A DNA stretch of 32,000 bases from Acaryochloris marina MBIC11017 (GTDB taxonomy: Bacteria; Cyanobacteriota; Cyanobacteriia; Thermosynechococcales; Thermosynechococcaceae), in NCBI RefSeq assembly GCF_000018105.1, contig NC_009927.1, forward strand, positions 120,001-152,000. The letters are read 5' to 3'. The notes under the pieces are model-generated. The model made no database searches, had not been told where the DNA came from, and was given only the letters and a program-made list of their open reading frames with translations. Positions 1 through 10,071 of the stretch are shown in pieces. How positions within the stretch are numbered: position 1 is the stretch's first letter; each line of letters begins with the position of its first letter. Position numbers and translations under genes: made by a program.

Positions 1-303
1 TATATCCCTAATGGCAAAGTGATTGGCCTGTCAAAAATCGCCCGCATCTGTGAGATGTATGCTCGGCGACTGCAGGTACAAGAACGGTTAACAGCTCAAA
101 TTGCTGATGCCTTGCAGGGCCTCCTAAACCCCCAAGGGGTGGCTGTAGTTGTAGAAGCAAGCCATATGTGTATGGTGATGCGAGGGGTGCAAAAACCCGG
201 ATCTTGGACTTCGACCAGTGCGATGCGAGGCGTGTTTTCCAGTGATTCTCGCACTCGCCAAGAATTTTTTAACCTGATCTCCCATTCACCAGCAAGTCGC
301 TAG
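1..303 (+). CDS. folE: GTP cyclohydrolase I (FolE), 3' part; the 5' end lies outside the window
   Basis: The frame is open from base 1 ([16 protein letters not shown]...). It contains the conserved FolE core [12 protein letters not shown]...[32 protein letters not shown] stop at 301-303. Confidence 0.9.
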   Translation, partial: YIPNGKVIGLSKIARICEMYARRLQVQERLTAQIADALQGLLNPQGVAVVVEASHMCMVMRGVQKPGSWTSTSAMRGVFSSDSRTRQEFFNLISHSPASR

Positions 304-313
304 TTACGGCTTC

Positions 314-335
314 AGCCGGTCAGCACCGGGCTTTT
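314..335 (+). terminator. possible intrinsic terminator after folE
   Basis: AGCCGG-tcagca-CCGG(G)CT stem with one bulge, followed by TTTT, starting 11 nt after the folE stop. The stem is short. Confidence 0.3.
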
Positions 336-369
336 GGGGGAGTGGTAAAAATACTCTGCTGAACCATCT

Positions 370-882
370 CTCGTTCTTTAGGATTTTGTGGAGTGAATTG
401 CTCAAATCCTTTTCAAAACTTTGTTCTGTAGTATATAGAGTCCATAATGCCCTCACTCAATTCCTTCGTTCCCTTTACAAAGATTTGTCGAGCGATTGCC
501 CCGGTCGCTGCTCTATGCTCAGTATTTGGGACGGTATTGGGCCAAGCAGCCCCCAGTCACGCTGTCACGCCGAGGTCACTCTTGACACCGTCGTTAATTC
601 AGTCAATACCAATCACCACCTCTGTTGCAGAAGCCGTAAACCGGGTGCGTGGGGTTGAGCCCAAATTCTGTTGCCATATGCTGGCGTTAGCTATTGACGA
701 GATCCTTGAGGATCCCCGTTTTGAAACAGCCCAGTGGGGCATTGTTGTTGAATCCATTACTGGGCCAACGGTTCTCTACCAACACAATTGAGATCGCGCC
801 CTGATTCCGGCTTCGAATACCAAGCTGCTGACAACAATTGCTGCCATTAATGTCGTCAGCAATCGGGTTCCTGAAATGCCAC
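370..882 (+). repeat. direct repeat copy A (~513 bp) of the dacB leader plus 5' coding region
   Basis: Collinear, indel-free alignment to 2309-2821 (offset 1939). Bases 370-467 are identical. I count about 27 substitutions by eye over the rest (~94-95% identity overall). Similarity fades after CCTGAAAT(G/T)CCA near 882/2821. Confidence 0.9.
447..882 (+). pseudogene. truncated duplicate of the PBP4-family carboxypeptidase gene, containing a stop codon
   Basis: MPSLNSFVPFTKICRAIAPVAALCSVFG... is ~90% identical to the N-terminus of the intact 2386-3330 product. TGA at 789-791 sits where the intact copy has CGA (Arg). Homology continues in frame after the stop (DRALIPASNTKLLTT...) and ends near 882, so the C-terminal ~170 codons are absent. 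Confidence 0.85.
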
Positions 883-913
883 TTTTCCAATTGCACTCAA
901 CGTCTGAACGGTT

Positions 914-2167
914 TTGTTAAACCTTATTCGCCAAAAACTGATACTCCGGTGTTTACAGCTTTACTCTGGCTCCAGAAAGAGAAACTCCCCGTTTCGGCGG
1001 AGGCTGGTGGGCCTAATTTGTACTATCAGCCTGGCTACATTGCTTTTTACCCTTGGTGGGTTGCATACTTTAGCTCAAAATTCATCAGACTTGAACGACT
1101 TACAAGAGCGCCGGATACAAGTTGATGAACAGCGATCCAATGTTAGAAAGCAACGACAGCAGATTGAGAATCTGGAAGGTGCAGCCAAAAGACGTTTAGG
1201 GGGATTAGAGCGGAATATTCAGTTTACGGAAGGTCAAATTATGGAAAATGAAGTCAAACTCAAACAAGCCAACCAAACACTGCAGAAAATAGAAGCGGAT
1301 TTGACCGTAGCTGAAACCGCCTACAAAGAGAAACAGAGTAATACCGTTGCTCGCCTTCGGGTTCTGCAACGACAACGAGAATCCAGTACTTGGATTGTAT
1401 TATTACAGAGCCAATCGATAGAGGAACTGTTAGAGCGTCGATATCGGCTTCAACAGGTCTATAAAGCTGATCGCAAGTCGCTACTAGCACTCAAGACTGA
1501 AAAAGAAGAGATTAGTGACAAGAAACTCTTAGCAGAAATTCAGAAAAACCAGATTGCCCTTTTATCAGAACAACTCCAGTATCAAAAAGCGAATTACACA
1601 GCTCAAGCGTCTGTTCAAGCTGAATTGGTGACACGGCTAAAAACAGATCGACGCGCTTTAGAAGCTGCTGAGCAGCAATTATCTCAAGAAGCTAATAATC
1701 TTTCTAGCATCATTGCCCAACGCCTAGGCGAACAACAAGTGGCCTTCCGCTCTGGCACTCCCGGATATCAGCGTATATTGGGGACAGGACAACTGGTTAG
1801 ACCCGTAGTTGGACCCGTTACCAGTAATTTTGGCTATCGAATTCATCCCGTATTAGGAGGAAGACGGTTTCATGCTGGTACTGATTTTGGTGCTCCTACA
1901 GGTGCCCCGATTTTTGCGGCAGATAGCGGCACCGTAATTGTGGCTGAATGGTACGGTGGCTATGGCAATACGGTCATCGTTGACCATGGTAACGGCTTAA
2001 CCACTCTTTATGGTCACTGTAGTGAACTCTACGTAACCGTAGGTCAAGGTGTACAGCGAGGCCAAACCATTGCTGCGATAGGTTCAACGGGGTTGTCTAC
2101 TGGCCCTCACTTACACTTTGAAGTCAGACAGCAGGGTGAGCCAGTCGATCCGTTGGCCTATTTATAG
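914..2167 (+). CDS. M23/LytM-family murein endopeptidase with an N-terminal coiled-coil (EnvC/NlpD-like layout)
   Basis: C-terminal M23 motifs HAGTDF (HxxxD) and GPHLHFEV (HxH). Signal-like segment RRRLVGLICTISLATLLFTLGG..AQ, followed by a ~230-aa Q/E/K/R-rich helical region. There is no in-frame ATG near the 5' end. The ORF-track start is TTG 914, and GTG 1007 is an alternative. Confidence 0.85.
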   Translation: MLNLIRQKLILRCLQLYSGSRKRNSPFRRRLVGLICTISLATLLFTLGGLHTLAQNSSDLNDLQERRIQVDEQRSNVRKQRQQIENLEGAAKRRLGGLERNIQFTEGQIMENEVKLKQANQTLQKIEADLTVAETAYKEKQSNTVARLRVLQRQRESSTWIVLLQSQSIEELLERRYRLQQVYKADRKSLLALKTEKEEISDKKLLAEIQKNQIALLSEQLQYQKANYTAQASVQAELVTRLKTDRRALEAAEQQLSQEANNLSSIIAQRLGEQQVAFRSGTPGYQRILGTGQLVRPVVGPVTSNFGYRIHPVLGGRRFHAGTDFGAPTGAPIFAADSGTVIVAEWYGGYGNTVIVDHGNGLTTLYGHCSELYVTVGQGVQRGQTIAAIGSTGLSTGPHLHFEVRQQGEPVDPLAYL

Positions 2168-2308
2168 ACGCTATTTTGTAGAATTCAAGCGCCGTAGCCA
2201 AAGCTCTTGCAATTTTCCAATCGAATTCTCCACCTATTCATCAACCTGGCTAGCGGGTTTCTCTGAGGTTTCTTCGTGTTTCACCTCTGAGTCTTGGCCT
2301 GGATGTAA

Positions 2309-2821
2309 CTCGTTCTTTAGGATTTTGTGGAGTGAATTGCTCAAATCCTTTTCAAAACTTTGTTCTGTAGTATATAGAGTCCATAATGCCCTCACTCAAT
2401 TCCTTCATTCCCTTTACAAAGATTTGTCGAGCGATTGCCCCGGTCGCTGCTCTATGCTCAGTATTTGGGACGGTATTGAGCCAAGCAGCCCCCAGTCATG
2501 CCGTCACGCAAAGGTCGCTCTTGACACCGTCGTTAATTCAGTCAATACCAATCACCACCGCTGTTGCAAAAGCCGTAAACCGAGTGCGTGGGGTTAAGCC
2601 TAAATTCTGTTCCCATATGCTGGCGTTAGCTATTGACGAGATCCTTGAGGATCCCCGTTTTGAAACAGCCCAGTGGGGCATTGTCGTTGAACCCGTTGCT
2701 GAGCCAACGGTTCTCTATCAGCACAATCGAGATCGCGCCCTGATTCCGGCTTCGAATACCAAGCTGCTGACAACAGCTGCTGCCATCAATCTCATCAGCA
2801 ATCGGGTTCCTGAAATTCCAG
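2309..2821 (+). repeat. direct repeat copy B (the functional dacB leader plus 5' coding region)
   Basis: Partner of 370-882; see that feature. Confidence 0.9.
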
Positions 2822-3330
2822 TACCCTTGAACCAGCAGCTGATTGAAGTCAATCGCTACAGCAATAACAGCGAGGCAGATGCTCTCCTACGCCAGGTTGG
2901 CGGACAACGCAGGGTGAACCAGGAACTTATGCGCTTGGGCCTCCGCCCTGAGAGCTATATCCAGGTAGATGGTTCAGGGCTATCCCGTAGTAATCGCATG
3001 CCGCCCTCAACGCTGATTACGCTATTAAAAGCAATGAAGCGTCATCGCGAAGGAGTGGTGTTCTACAATTCGCTGCCGATCGCTGGGGTCAACGGCACCT
3101 TACGAAATCGCTTCCAAAACACCCGACTGCACGGAAAACTTCACGGTAAAACCGGCACCTTAAGGGGAGTGCGGGCACTATCGGGATATCTAGACAACGC
3201 AGACTATGGCACGATTGCTTTCAGTATTTTGGTCAACCAGCCTGGGCAATCGGGACAGGTTTTGACCCAAGCTATTGACCAAATTGTGTTGCAGATGGCT
3301 CAAGTCAATCGATGTAACTTAGATAGCTAA
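2386..3330 (+). CDS. dacB: D-alanyl-D-alanine carboxypeptidase/endopeptidase, PBP4 (peptidase S13) family
   Basis: Ordered penicillin-binding motifs SxxK (ASNTK), SxN (GSGLSRSN) and KTG (GKTGTL). N-terminal signal-like hydrophobic segment. At 314 aa it is short for the family. Confidence 0.8.
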   Translation: MPSLNSFIPFTKICRAIAPVAALCSVFGTVLSQAAPSHAVTQRSLLTPSLIQSIPITTAVAKAVNRVRGVKPKFCSHMLALAIDEILEDPRFETAQWGIVVEPVAEPTVLYQHNRDRALIPASNTKLLTTAAAINLISNRVPEIPVPLNQQLIEVNRYSNNSEADALLRQVGGQRRVNQELMRLGLRPESYIQVDGSGLSRSNRMPPSTLITLLKAMKRHREGVVFYNSLPIAGVNGTLRNRFQNTRLHGKLHGKTGTLRGVRALSGYLDNADYGTIAFSILVNQPGQSGQVLTQAIDQIVLQMAQVNRCNLDS

Positions 3331-3524
3331 CAAAGATAACCATAGTCCGGACAGAAAGGTGAGAGTAATGATGTGATTCAAATGTGGTCACAATCAGGTA
3401 ACAGTCTGACTCAGAGGCAGATCAGTCAGACGGTGGTCTGGCCGAAATTTAAAACTTTGATGATTGCTCGAAACTATAACCTGCTGTTGAACCGTGCTCA
3501 TACATGCAATAAAAAGGGTGATGC

Positions 3525-4868
3525 ATGACTAAGAAAATTTTGATTAAGAATGCCCAGCTAGTCAATGAAGGTAGGGTGTTTTTATCAGACGTACGTATTA
3601 GTAATGAACGAATAGAACAAATATCTAGATCAATAACACCCTCTGGCAGTGACGAGGTAGTTGATGCAGCTGGTTTTTACCTGCTGCCTGGAATGATTGA
3701 TGATCAAGTGCATTTTCGTGAGCCTGGGCTAACTCACAAAGGTACTATTGCGAGCGAGTCTCGTGCAGCTGCGGCTGGTGGTATTACGAGTTTTATGGAA
3801 ATGCCTAATGTTAGTCCTTCCACTACAACTATTGAGGCTCTAGAGAATAAATATAAAATCGCTCAGAAACGTTCGGTTGCAAACTATGCGTTTTATTTGG
3901 GAGCTACGGAAAATAATCTGGAACAAATCAAACGCCTTGATCCGAGTAAATATTGTGGCGTTAAAGTTTTCATGGGTGCTTCAACGGGAAACTTGTTGGT
4001 TGAAAATATAACTGCACTTGAGGATATTTTTCGGGAGGCACCAACATTAATCGTCACTCACTGTGAAAGTGGCCCGGTTATCGCAAAAAATCTGGCTCGT
4101 GTCAAAGCTTTCAATCGCCCTACTGTTATTACCGATCATCCAACTATTAGAGATGCTGAGGCTTGTTTCGCTTCGTCTTCTTTGGCTGTGGGCTTAGCCA
4201 AGCGTTATGGCAGTCAATTACATGTTTTACACATTACTACTGCCAAGGAATTAAGTTTATTTGATCCAGGTCCGATTGCTAATAAGTCCATTACTGCTGA
4301 AGCATGCGTTCATCATTTATGGTTTAGCGATCAGGATTATGCGGGACTTGGGAACTTGATTAAGTGCAATCCAGCCATTAAGTCTGCCGAAGATCGTGCT
4401 GCATTAATTCAAGCTGTTCATGAAGGTCTTATTGATATTATTGCCACCGATCATGCACCACACACTTGGGAAGAAAAGCAGATGGATTATCCACAGGCTC
4501 CTGCAGGTTTACCTTTAGTACAGCATGCTTTACTGACTCTTTTTGATCATGTAACTCATAAACGCATGTCTCTTGCTCAGCTAGTTGAAAAAACCGCTCA
4601 TAATCCCGCTATTCGATATGGTGTAATTGATCGAGGCTACATTCGTGAAGGGTATTTTGCCGATTTAGTATTAGTCGATATGGACACACCATTTACCGTC
4701 ACACCCGAGAATACTTTTTACCATTGTGGTTGGTCTCCTTTTATGGGGTATAGATTTAGTTCCAGTATTTTGAGGACTTGGATTAATGGTCAATTGGTGT
4801 TTGATGGCCAACAAATAATTGAGTGTCCGGGAGCCTCAAAAAATTTGGAATTTAGAGGTGTGAGATAA
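3525..4868 (+). CDS. pyrC: dihydroorotase (long, allantoinase-like amidohydrolase type)
   Basis: Motifs PGMIDDQVHFREPGLTHKG, AAAGGITSFMEMPN, KVFMGASTGN and IATDHAPH are characteristic of the dihydroorotase family. The first His of the usual HxH is Gln here (QVH). Confidence 0.8.
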   Translation: MTKKILIKNAQLVNEGRVFLSDVRISNERIEQISRSITPSGSDEVVDAAGFYLLPGMIDDQVHFREPGLTHKGTIASESRAAAAGGITSFMEMPNVSPSTTTIEALENKYKIAQKRSVANYAFYLGATENNLEQIKRLDPSKYCGVKVFMGASTGNLLVENITALEDIFREAPTLIVTHCESGPVIAKNLARVKAFNRPTVITDHPTIRDAEACFASSSLAVGLAKRYGSQLHVLHITTAKELSLFDPGPIANKSITAEACVHHLWFSDQDYAGLGNLIKCNPAIKSAEDRAALIQAVHEGLIDIIATDHAPHTWEEKQMDYPQAPAGLPLVQHALLTLFDHVTHKRMSLAQLVEKTAHNPAIRYGVIDRGYIREGYFADLVLVDMDTPFTVTPENTFYHCGWSPFMGYRFSSSILRTWINGQLVFDGQQIIECPGASKNLEFRGVR

Positions 4869-5027
4869 ATATTTAATAGCCCTATATTTTGCATGGTGAA
4901 AAGCAAAAAGCTACATGCTGAAGGAAACACTTCAATTTATGTTGAGGTCTATATGAAGCTCTATCTTCTCTGACCAAGCTAATAAGGGCACGGTGTTTGA
5001 GATTGATGCTAGTTCATCACAAATGTA

Positions 5028-5492
5028 TTACGCTTCCGTTGGAAGTTTTTTATCTTGCCAAGTAGGTACTCCTGGCTGGAATTCATCCCAAGTCTTACAT
5101 ACTTGCTCGTAGCATTGGGGTGGTGTAATGGGTAGGTTTTTCAAGTAAAAGAATGTGGCCTGATCGAAAGACTCCAGCAACAAGACAACTTCTGTGGTTG
5201 GAGAATAATTATCGACCACTTCCAAGATGTGATTAATCATATGGCAATGGGGCAAAACTGCCCTATCAGGAGCCTCTAACCAGGCCTTCAAGAAAGGCAT
5301 AAGGCGCGAACGTCCGACAAAGTGGGTTTTGAATGATTCTCCACTAATCCCCATTATTGGAGAATTTGTGCTGCAAACAATTGCTCCACGTTTTTGGCTG
5401 AGATGACCTGCCCAAGCGTTGTAGCCAATGACCAGTAAGTTACTTGCAACAAATTCTTGAGCCCAATTCGATCTATCAGTTGCTTCTCTCAT
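5028..5492 (-). CDS. hypothetical protein (no domain recognised)
   Basis: The ORF track extends it to 5600, but that overlaps the metH 3' end. The internal ATG at 5492 is preceded by AGGAGG (5499-5504) at 6-nt spacing, so MREATDRSNW... (154 aa) is the likely product. Confidence 0.6.
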   Translation of the reverse strand: MREATDRSNWAQEFVASNLLVIGYNAWAGHLSQKRGAIVCSTNSPIMGISGESFKTHFVGRSRLMPFLKAWLEAPDRAVLPHCHMINHILEVVDNYSPTTEVVLLLESFDQATFFYLKNLPITPPQCYEQVCKTWDEFQPGVPTWQDKKLPTEA

Positions 5493-5502
5493 TGGGTACC
5501 TC

Positions 5503-7473
5503 CTAAGCACTAAAGTATTTAGCAGCAGGATGGTAGATGACAAAAGCAGTGGTTGATTGCTCTGGATGAAGCTGTTCGCTCTCATCGATCGATAACCCAA
5601 TGAGATCGCACCTTAATAGTTGCAGCTGTGGCACTTGATCGATGACCACCGGACAAGCTGGATAGCCAAAACTATACCGGGAACCCTGATACCTCTGCGC
5701 TAAAATATCGCGAATGTTATCTGGCTCTAAATCCCCATAGCCCAATTCCCGTCGAATACTGGCATGACTCCATTCCGCCAAGGCTTCTGCCAACTGCACC
5801 GCCATCCCGTGGAAATAGAGATAATCGGTATAGCTGCTGTCTTGATAAAGTTCCTGTGCTTTCTGGGTGGCAATTTCTCCCATCGTGACGGCCTGCATCG
5901 GCAAGACATCAAATTGATTGTGTTCGATCGGGCGGATGAAATCAGCAATGCATAGCCGACGCATGGATTTCTGACGAGGGAATGTCCAAGTGACAAACGG
6001 GCTTGCTGTTGCGGGTGTTAAGCCCTGCTCGATGACACTTGGTTCGTAAACATGAACGGAATTGCCAATCGCCGCACAGGGGAAATAGCCATAAACTAGC
6101 GTGGGTTCCAACCAGTGTTCCGTGCGGATTTTTTGCTTCCATTCTTCCAAGATTGGATAAACCTTTGATGCCAGAAACCAATCATATTCCTCACGAGATT
6201 GGTCTTTCGGTTTACGGAATTGCCATTGGCCAGCGATCAGTGCCTGCAAATCCATGTACCAGAATAGTTCCTCTAAATCTAGATCGTTACTCTGAAGAAT
6301 TTTCGTCCCCCAGAAGGGTGGCGCAGGACGTTCGATATCAATCGATACCGCTGTCGAGCGTTCGGTATCGATGACAGTGGGTTGATCAGATTTCTGCTGG
6401 TCACCATTGAGTTCTCGATCTAAATCTTCAATCGCCTTGCGTCCCTTTTGATTAAACTGAGCAAATTCTCCTGAAAAGCCTTCGGTATCGACCCAGCACT
6501 GCTGTTCTTTGGCAGGCATCAGTCGATCCATAAAGGTCAAATCAGCAAATGCATCTTTGCCGTAAATGACCTGCCCTTGGTAGGTCTCTTGACAATCCCC
6601 ATAAACAAATTTTGGGGTGAGGGCCGCACCGCCCAAAATCACTGGGACTGTAATCCCTTTAGCATTAAATGCGGCGAGATTTTCTTTCATAAATGCGGTA
6701 GATTTCACCAGCAAGCCACTCATGGCAATACAATCTGGCTGATGCTCTTCATAGGCTTCGACGATGGCCTCAATGGCTTGTTTAATACCCAGATTGATCA
6801 CCTTGTAGCCATTATTGGTCAAGATAATATCCACCAGATTCTTCCCAATGTCATGGACATCCCCTTTGACGGTGGCAATCAGGAATTTCCCTTTACCGCG
6901 ATCTTCGTCCTCTCCTTCGATTTTTTCCATGTAGGGTTCGAGGAACGCCACCGCAGACTTCATGGTTTCGGCGGATTGCAACACGAAAGGCAATTGCATT
7001 TGACCCGAGCCAAACAGTTCGCCCACCACCTTCATCCCATCCAACAAGAAGGTATTAACAATTGCCAGTGCTTTATGACCCTCATCTAACGCAACCTTTA
7101 ACGCATCCTCCAATCCAATCCGTTCGCCATCAATAATATGTTGCTTCAAGCGTTGATCGATGGGCAAATCAGCTAAGGACGCACTCGCCCTAGCGTCTTT
7201 CGTACTCACCCCCGCAAAAAGTTCCGTCAGCTTCGTCAACGGATCGTAGGTGCAAATATCCCCTTCAAATCTGCGGTTGTCATAAATCAAATCGAGACAA
7301 ACCTGTTGATGGTCATCATCAATCTTCGATAACGGCAAAATCTTGGCTGCCGAAACAATCGCCCCATCCATCCCAGCCTTCATCGCTTCATTGAGGAAGA
7401 TCGAATTTAAGGTAATGCGCGAGGCTGGACTCAATCCAAACGAAACATTAGAGACCCCCAGCATAAAATGCAC
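5503..7473 (-). CDS. metH: methionine synthase MetH, C-terminal fragment (end of pterin barrel, cap, B12-binding and AdoMet-activation domains), separated from the N-terminal fragment by an in-frame TGA
   Basis: GVSNVSFGL (pterin domain), the cobalamin-binding DVHDIGKN (DxHxxG) and SGL...GG motifs, and the activation-domain tail ...[11 protein letters not shown]. The frame is continuous with 7531-9213 apart from the TGA at 7531-7533. Confidence 0.9.
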   Translation of the reverse strand: MHFMLGVSNVSFGLSPASRITLNSIFLNEAMKAGMDGAIVSAAKILPLSKIDDDHQQVCLDLIYDNRRFEGDICTYDPLTKLTELFAGVSTKDARASASLADLPIDQRLKQHIIDGERIGLEDALKVALDEGHKALAIVNTFLLDGMKVVGELFGSGQMQLPFVLQSAETMKSAVAFLEPYMEKIEGEDEDRGKGKFLIATVKGDVHDIGKNLVDIILTNNGYKVINLGIKQAIEAIVEAYEEHQPDCIAMSGLLVKSTAFMKENLAAFNAKGITVPVILGGAALTPKFVYGDCQETYQGQVIYGKDAFADLTFMDRLMPAKEQQCWVDTEGFSGEFAQFNQKGRKAIEDLDRELNGDQQKSDQPTVIDTERSTAVSIDIERPAPPFWGTKILQSNDLDLEELFWYMDLQALIAGQWQFRKPKDQSREEYDWFLASKVYPILEEWKQKIRTEHWLEPTLVYGYFPCAAIGNSVHVYEPSVIEQGLTPATASPFVTWTFPRQKSMRRLCIADFIRPIEHNQFDVLPMQAVTMGEIATQKAQELYQDSSYTDYLYFHGMAVQLAEALAEWSHASIRRELGYGDLEPDNIRDILAQRYQGSRYSFGYPACPVVIDQVPQLQLLRCDLIGLSIDESEQLHPEQSTTAFVIYHPAAKYFSA

Positions 7474-7530
7474 ACCGGGCAGATTTTCCCGAATCAGTCC
7501 AATGGCTTCGATTGTTGCTTTGGCGTTTTC

Positions 7531-9213
7531 TCAATCCTCTTCAATCCCAGTTGAAATCGGTAGGGCTAACGTGTCAAAGAAAAGTTCATGGGGTGGAAGT
7601 CCAAACTTGAGCGCATCCTGATACGCCCGTTGGGCAATCTCGAATTTTTTCTGGGCGGTTCGAGCCATTCCCTCTTCATCAATACAGCCAATGACAACCC
7701 CTGCGCCATATTCTTTTGCCAATTGCAGCACTTTAAAGAATCGCTCTTCTCCATCTTCATAGTTGGTGGAATTGAGCAAACATTTGCCCCCGGCAACCTT
7801 GAGACCCGCTTCCATTTTGGTCCACTCGGTGGAGTCGAGCATAAGGGGGAGCATCGTATGCTTCACTAGGCGTGATACGAGTTCTCGCATATCCCGTTCG
7901 CCATCACGCCCGACATAATCCACGTTTACGTCCAGCATATGTGCGCCTTCCTTGACTTGGGATTTGGCGATCGCCAACAACCCATCCCAATCATCTTCGT
8001 TCAACAGGGTGCGGACTTTCTTAGACCCACTGGCGTTTAATCGTTCACCAACGATTAAGAAGGAATTATCCTGCTGATAGGTTTGGGCGGAATAAATAGA
8101 CGCTGCCGCTGGCGTATAGGCAAGAGGCTCTCGAATCTCCCCCACAGTATTTTGTCGGACTTCACGCTCTTTTAGTGGAGTGTGTTCCACCGCATCGGCT
8201 AACGCTTTAATATGTGCTGGGCGCGTACCACAGCACCCTCCGACAATCTGAACGCCATGTTCCGCAATGAATTGAGTCATGGCAGTTGTATATTCTTCGG
8301 GGGTCATTTTGTAATGCGCCTGACCGCCAATATTTTCGGGGAGCCCCGCATTGGGGATACAGGAAATGGGGAATGGCGAATTTTCTGATAGGTACTTAAT
8401 GTGGGACGTCATCAAATCGGGACCCGTCGCACAATTTAGCCCCAAAACACTGATGGGAAACGGCTCCAAAATTGCCAGTACCCCAGAGATATCGGTCCCC
8501 ACTAGCATGGTCCCCTGGATTTCCATGGTCACGGACACCATTAAGGGGAGACGTGCCCCTTTTTTGGCAAATACCGCCTCAAAGGCACTAAGTGCCGCCT
8601 TAATTTGCAGTACATCTTGACAGGTTTCCACGATGAACAGATCGGCTCCTCCGTCATAGAGACCTTCTGCTTGCACCATGAAGCTTGCTTTCAGTTCGTC
8701 ATAGGTAATATGACCAAGGGTCGGTAGCTTGGTACCGGGACCGATGGAACCCGCGACAAATCTTGGTTTCTCAGGAGTCGTAAACTCATCCGCACAACTA
8801 CGCGCCAACTCTGCCGCCTTTCGACTTAGCTCGTAGGCGCGATCTGCCAGATCGTACTCTGCTAGGACTAATGGGCTAGCTCCAAAGCTATCAGTCTCGA
8901 CAACATCTGCCCCCGCTGCCAGAAAATCACGATGAACTTTCGCTACTGCTTCTGGCTTGGTGATGACCAAGTATTCATTACAACCTTCATATTCCGCACC
9001 ACCAAAATCCTCGGCGGTTAAGTTTTGGGATTGCAGGTTTGTTCCCATCGCACCGTCAAAGATTACCACTGGACGATCCGGATTTTGGAGCCGTCGGAGA
9101 AATGCAGTATTTAACTGAGGTTTCGTCGTTTCAGTACTTAGCATAGGCGTAATGATGTTTGTAGTACTCCGGCTTCCACTGAAATCTTTTTTCATCCCAA
9201 AGTTAGTCAGCAT
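7531..9213 (-). CDS. metH: methionine synthase MetH, N-terminal fragment (homocysteine S-methyltransferase domain plus most of the pterin-binding domain)
   Basis: [16 protein letters not shown] (zinc-site Cys pair) and [10 protein letters not shown] are hallmark MetH motifs. The fragment ends ...STGIEED then TGA. The true start is probably ATG 9144 (MLSTETT...) rather than 9213. Confidence 0.9.
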   Translation of the reverse strand: MLTNFGMKKDFSGSRSTTNIITPMLSTETTKPQLNTAFLRRLQNPDRPVVIFDGAMGTNLQSQNLTAEDFGGAEYEGCNEYLVITKPEAVAKVHRDFLAAGADVVETDSFGASPLVLAEYDLADRAYELSRKAAELARSCADEFTTPEKPRFVAGSIGPGTKLPTLGHITYDELKASFMVQAEGLYDGGADLFIVETCQDVLQIKAALSAFEAVFAKKGARLPLMVSVTMEIQGTMLVGTDISGVLAILEPFPISVLGLNCATGPDLMTSHIKYLSENSPFPISCIPNAGLPENIGGQAHYKMTPEEYTTAMTQFIAEHGVQIVGGCCGTRPAHIKALADAVEHTPLKEREVRQNTVGEIREPLAYTPAAASIYSAQTYQQDNSFLIVGERLNASGSKKVRTLLNEDDWDGLLAIAKSQVKEGAHMLDVNVDYVGRDGERDMRELVSRLVKHTMLPLMLDSTEWTKMEAGLKVAGGKCLLNSTNYEDGEERFFKVLQLAKEYGAGVVIGCIDEEGMARTAQKKFEIAQRAYQDALKFGLPPHELFFDTLALPISTGIEED

Positions 9214-9420
9214 GGAAGAATGAAAATGATTATCATTCTAACGCAAGTCGATAGTTAATCCAGGCTTTGTCAAAGGAGAAAGCCGATTGTGCGTCAATAA
9301 AGATATTTTTTGGGCTGGCGGTGGCGAAGTTACTGCAACTTAATCGGCGAAGTCATGATTATGCAGTAATCAACCTTAGGATGATTTTTTGAAAGAATAA
9401 TTGTCTTCAAGACAGGCTGT

Positions 9421-10071
9421 TCAGGCACCCGTTTCAATCCAGACATTCTGGTCGTAAAATCCACCCCGTTGCTCAAACTGAAATCCACCCAATAACATCC
9501 CCAGCCAGATGGACACCAGCGATAACTGTAGCTCCTGCATTAGCTCGACCATGGGTACCTTTCCAGGCACTTGCTGTAAATACGTTGAAATGGCAGCCAC
9601 CCAAGCTGACACATCCTCCTCGTGACTGACCTTCATAGCAACCGACTCACCGCTTTCCAGTTCCTCCACGAACTTCAGTACTGATTCCTTGCTAACATCA
9701 CCTACAACCGACTCCACAGGCTTCCCCATGAACCCCTGGCGTCGTTTCCGTGACTTCGGCTGACGGCACAGGTCCGAGACATCCAAAAACATGGTCTGCT
9801 GAACCATCCCAGCTAAGAAATCCTCATCAAGCACCGGACCTTCAGAGTTGTATCGTTCCTCCCAACCCTGGATCATTAACTCTGCCCGTTGAAGACAAAC
9901 CTCAGCCATATCCTTGATCGCATCCCCAGCTACCCGAAGCTGTTCATGAGGAGAACGACCCTGTAAATGTTGATCCAACGATGCACACATCAGAGAAATA
10001 TCAGCCTGCTCCGGTTCATCTAAAGCAGAAGCCAAAGCACTTGCAAAATCTAGCTCAAGCTGTTTGAACAT
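9421..10071 (-). CDS. hypothetical acidic protein
   Basis: 216-aa ORF with an ATG start at 10071. It overlaps the stop of the upstream ORF by 17 nt, an operon-like arrangement. No motif recognised. Confidence 0.55.
   Translation of the reverse strand: MFKQLELDFASALASALDEPEQADISLMCASLDQHLQGRSPHEQLRVAGDAIKDMAEVCLQRAELMIQGWEERYNSEGPVLDEDFLAGMVQQTMFLDVSDLCRQPKSRKRRQGFMGKPVESVVGDVSKESVLKFVEELESGESVAMKVSHEEDVSAWVAAISTYLQQVPGKVPMVELMQELQLSLVSIWLGMLLGGFQFEQRGGFYDQNVWIETGA

Noticed and set aside
386-658. 90-aa ORF, and its 159-aa counterpart at 2118-2597, overlapping the dacB leader and 5' region
   Set aside because: They are in a different frame from the frame that yields PBP4 motifs. They are duplicated only because the DNA is duplicated, and nothing supports them as coding.
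7531-7533. The in-frame TGA in metH as selenocysteine or reassigned codon
   Set aside because: MetH has no known Sec at this position, and no SECIS-like hairpin is evident downstream. TGA is used as a normal stop by other genes in the window (the first integrase, the ATPase, hicA). Read-through cannot be excluded but is not favoured.
5727-8620. Numerous 60-170-aa ORFs on both strands inside metH
   Set aside because: They are embedded in a gene with unambiguous MetH homology along its full length, so they are shadow ORFs.
9215-9245. A possible fourth, degenerate copy of the 24-nt motif (GAAAATGATTATCATTCTAACGCAAG) at the metH edge of the island
   Set aside because: Only the ATTATC core and a few flanking bases align, which is indistinguishable from chance.
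9214-9420. Possible riboswitch (B12 or SAM) in the metH upstream region
   Set aside because: I found no B12-box-like or other conserved riboswitch core. Only a short palindrome (TGTCTTCAAGACA, 9402-9414) is present, and it is probably a weak terminator for the upstream ORF.
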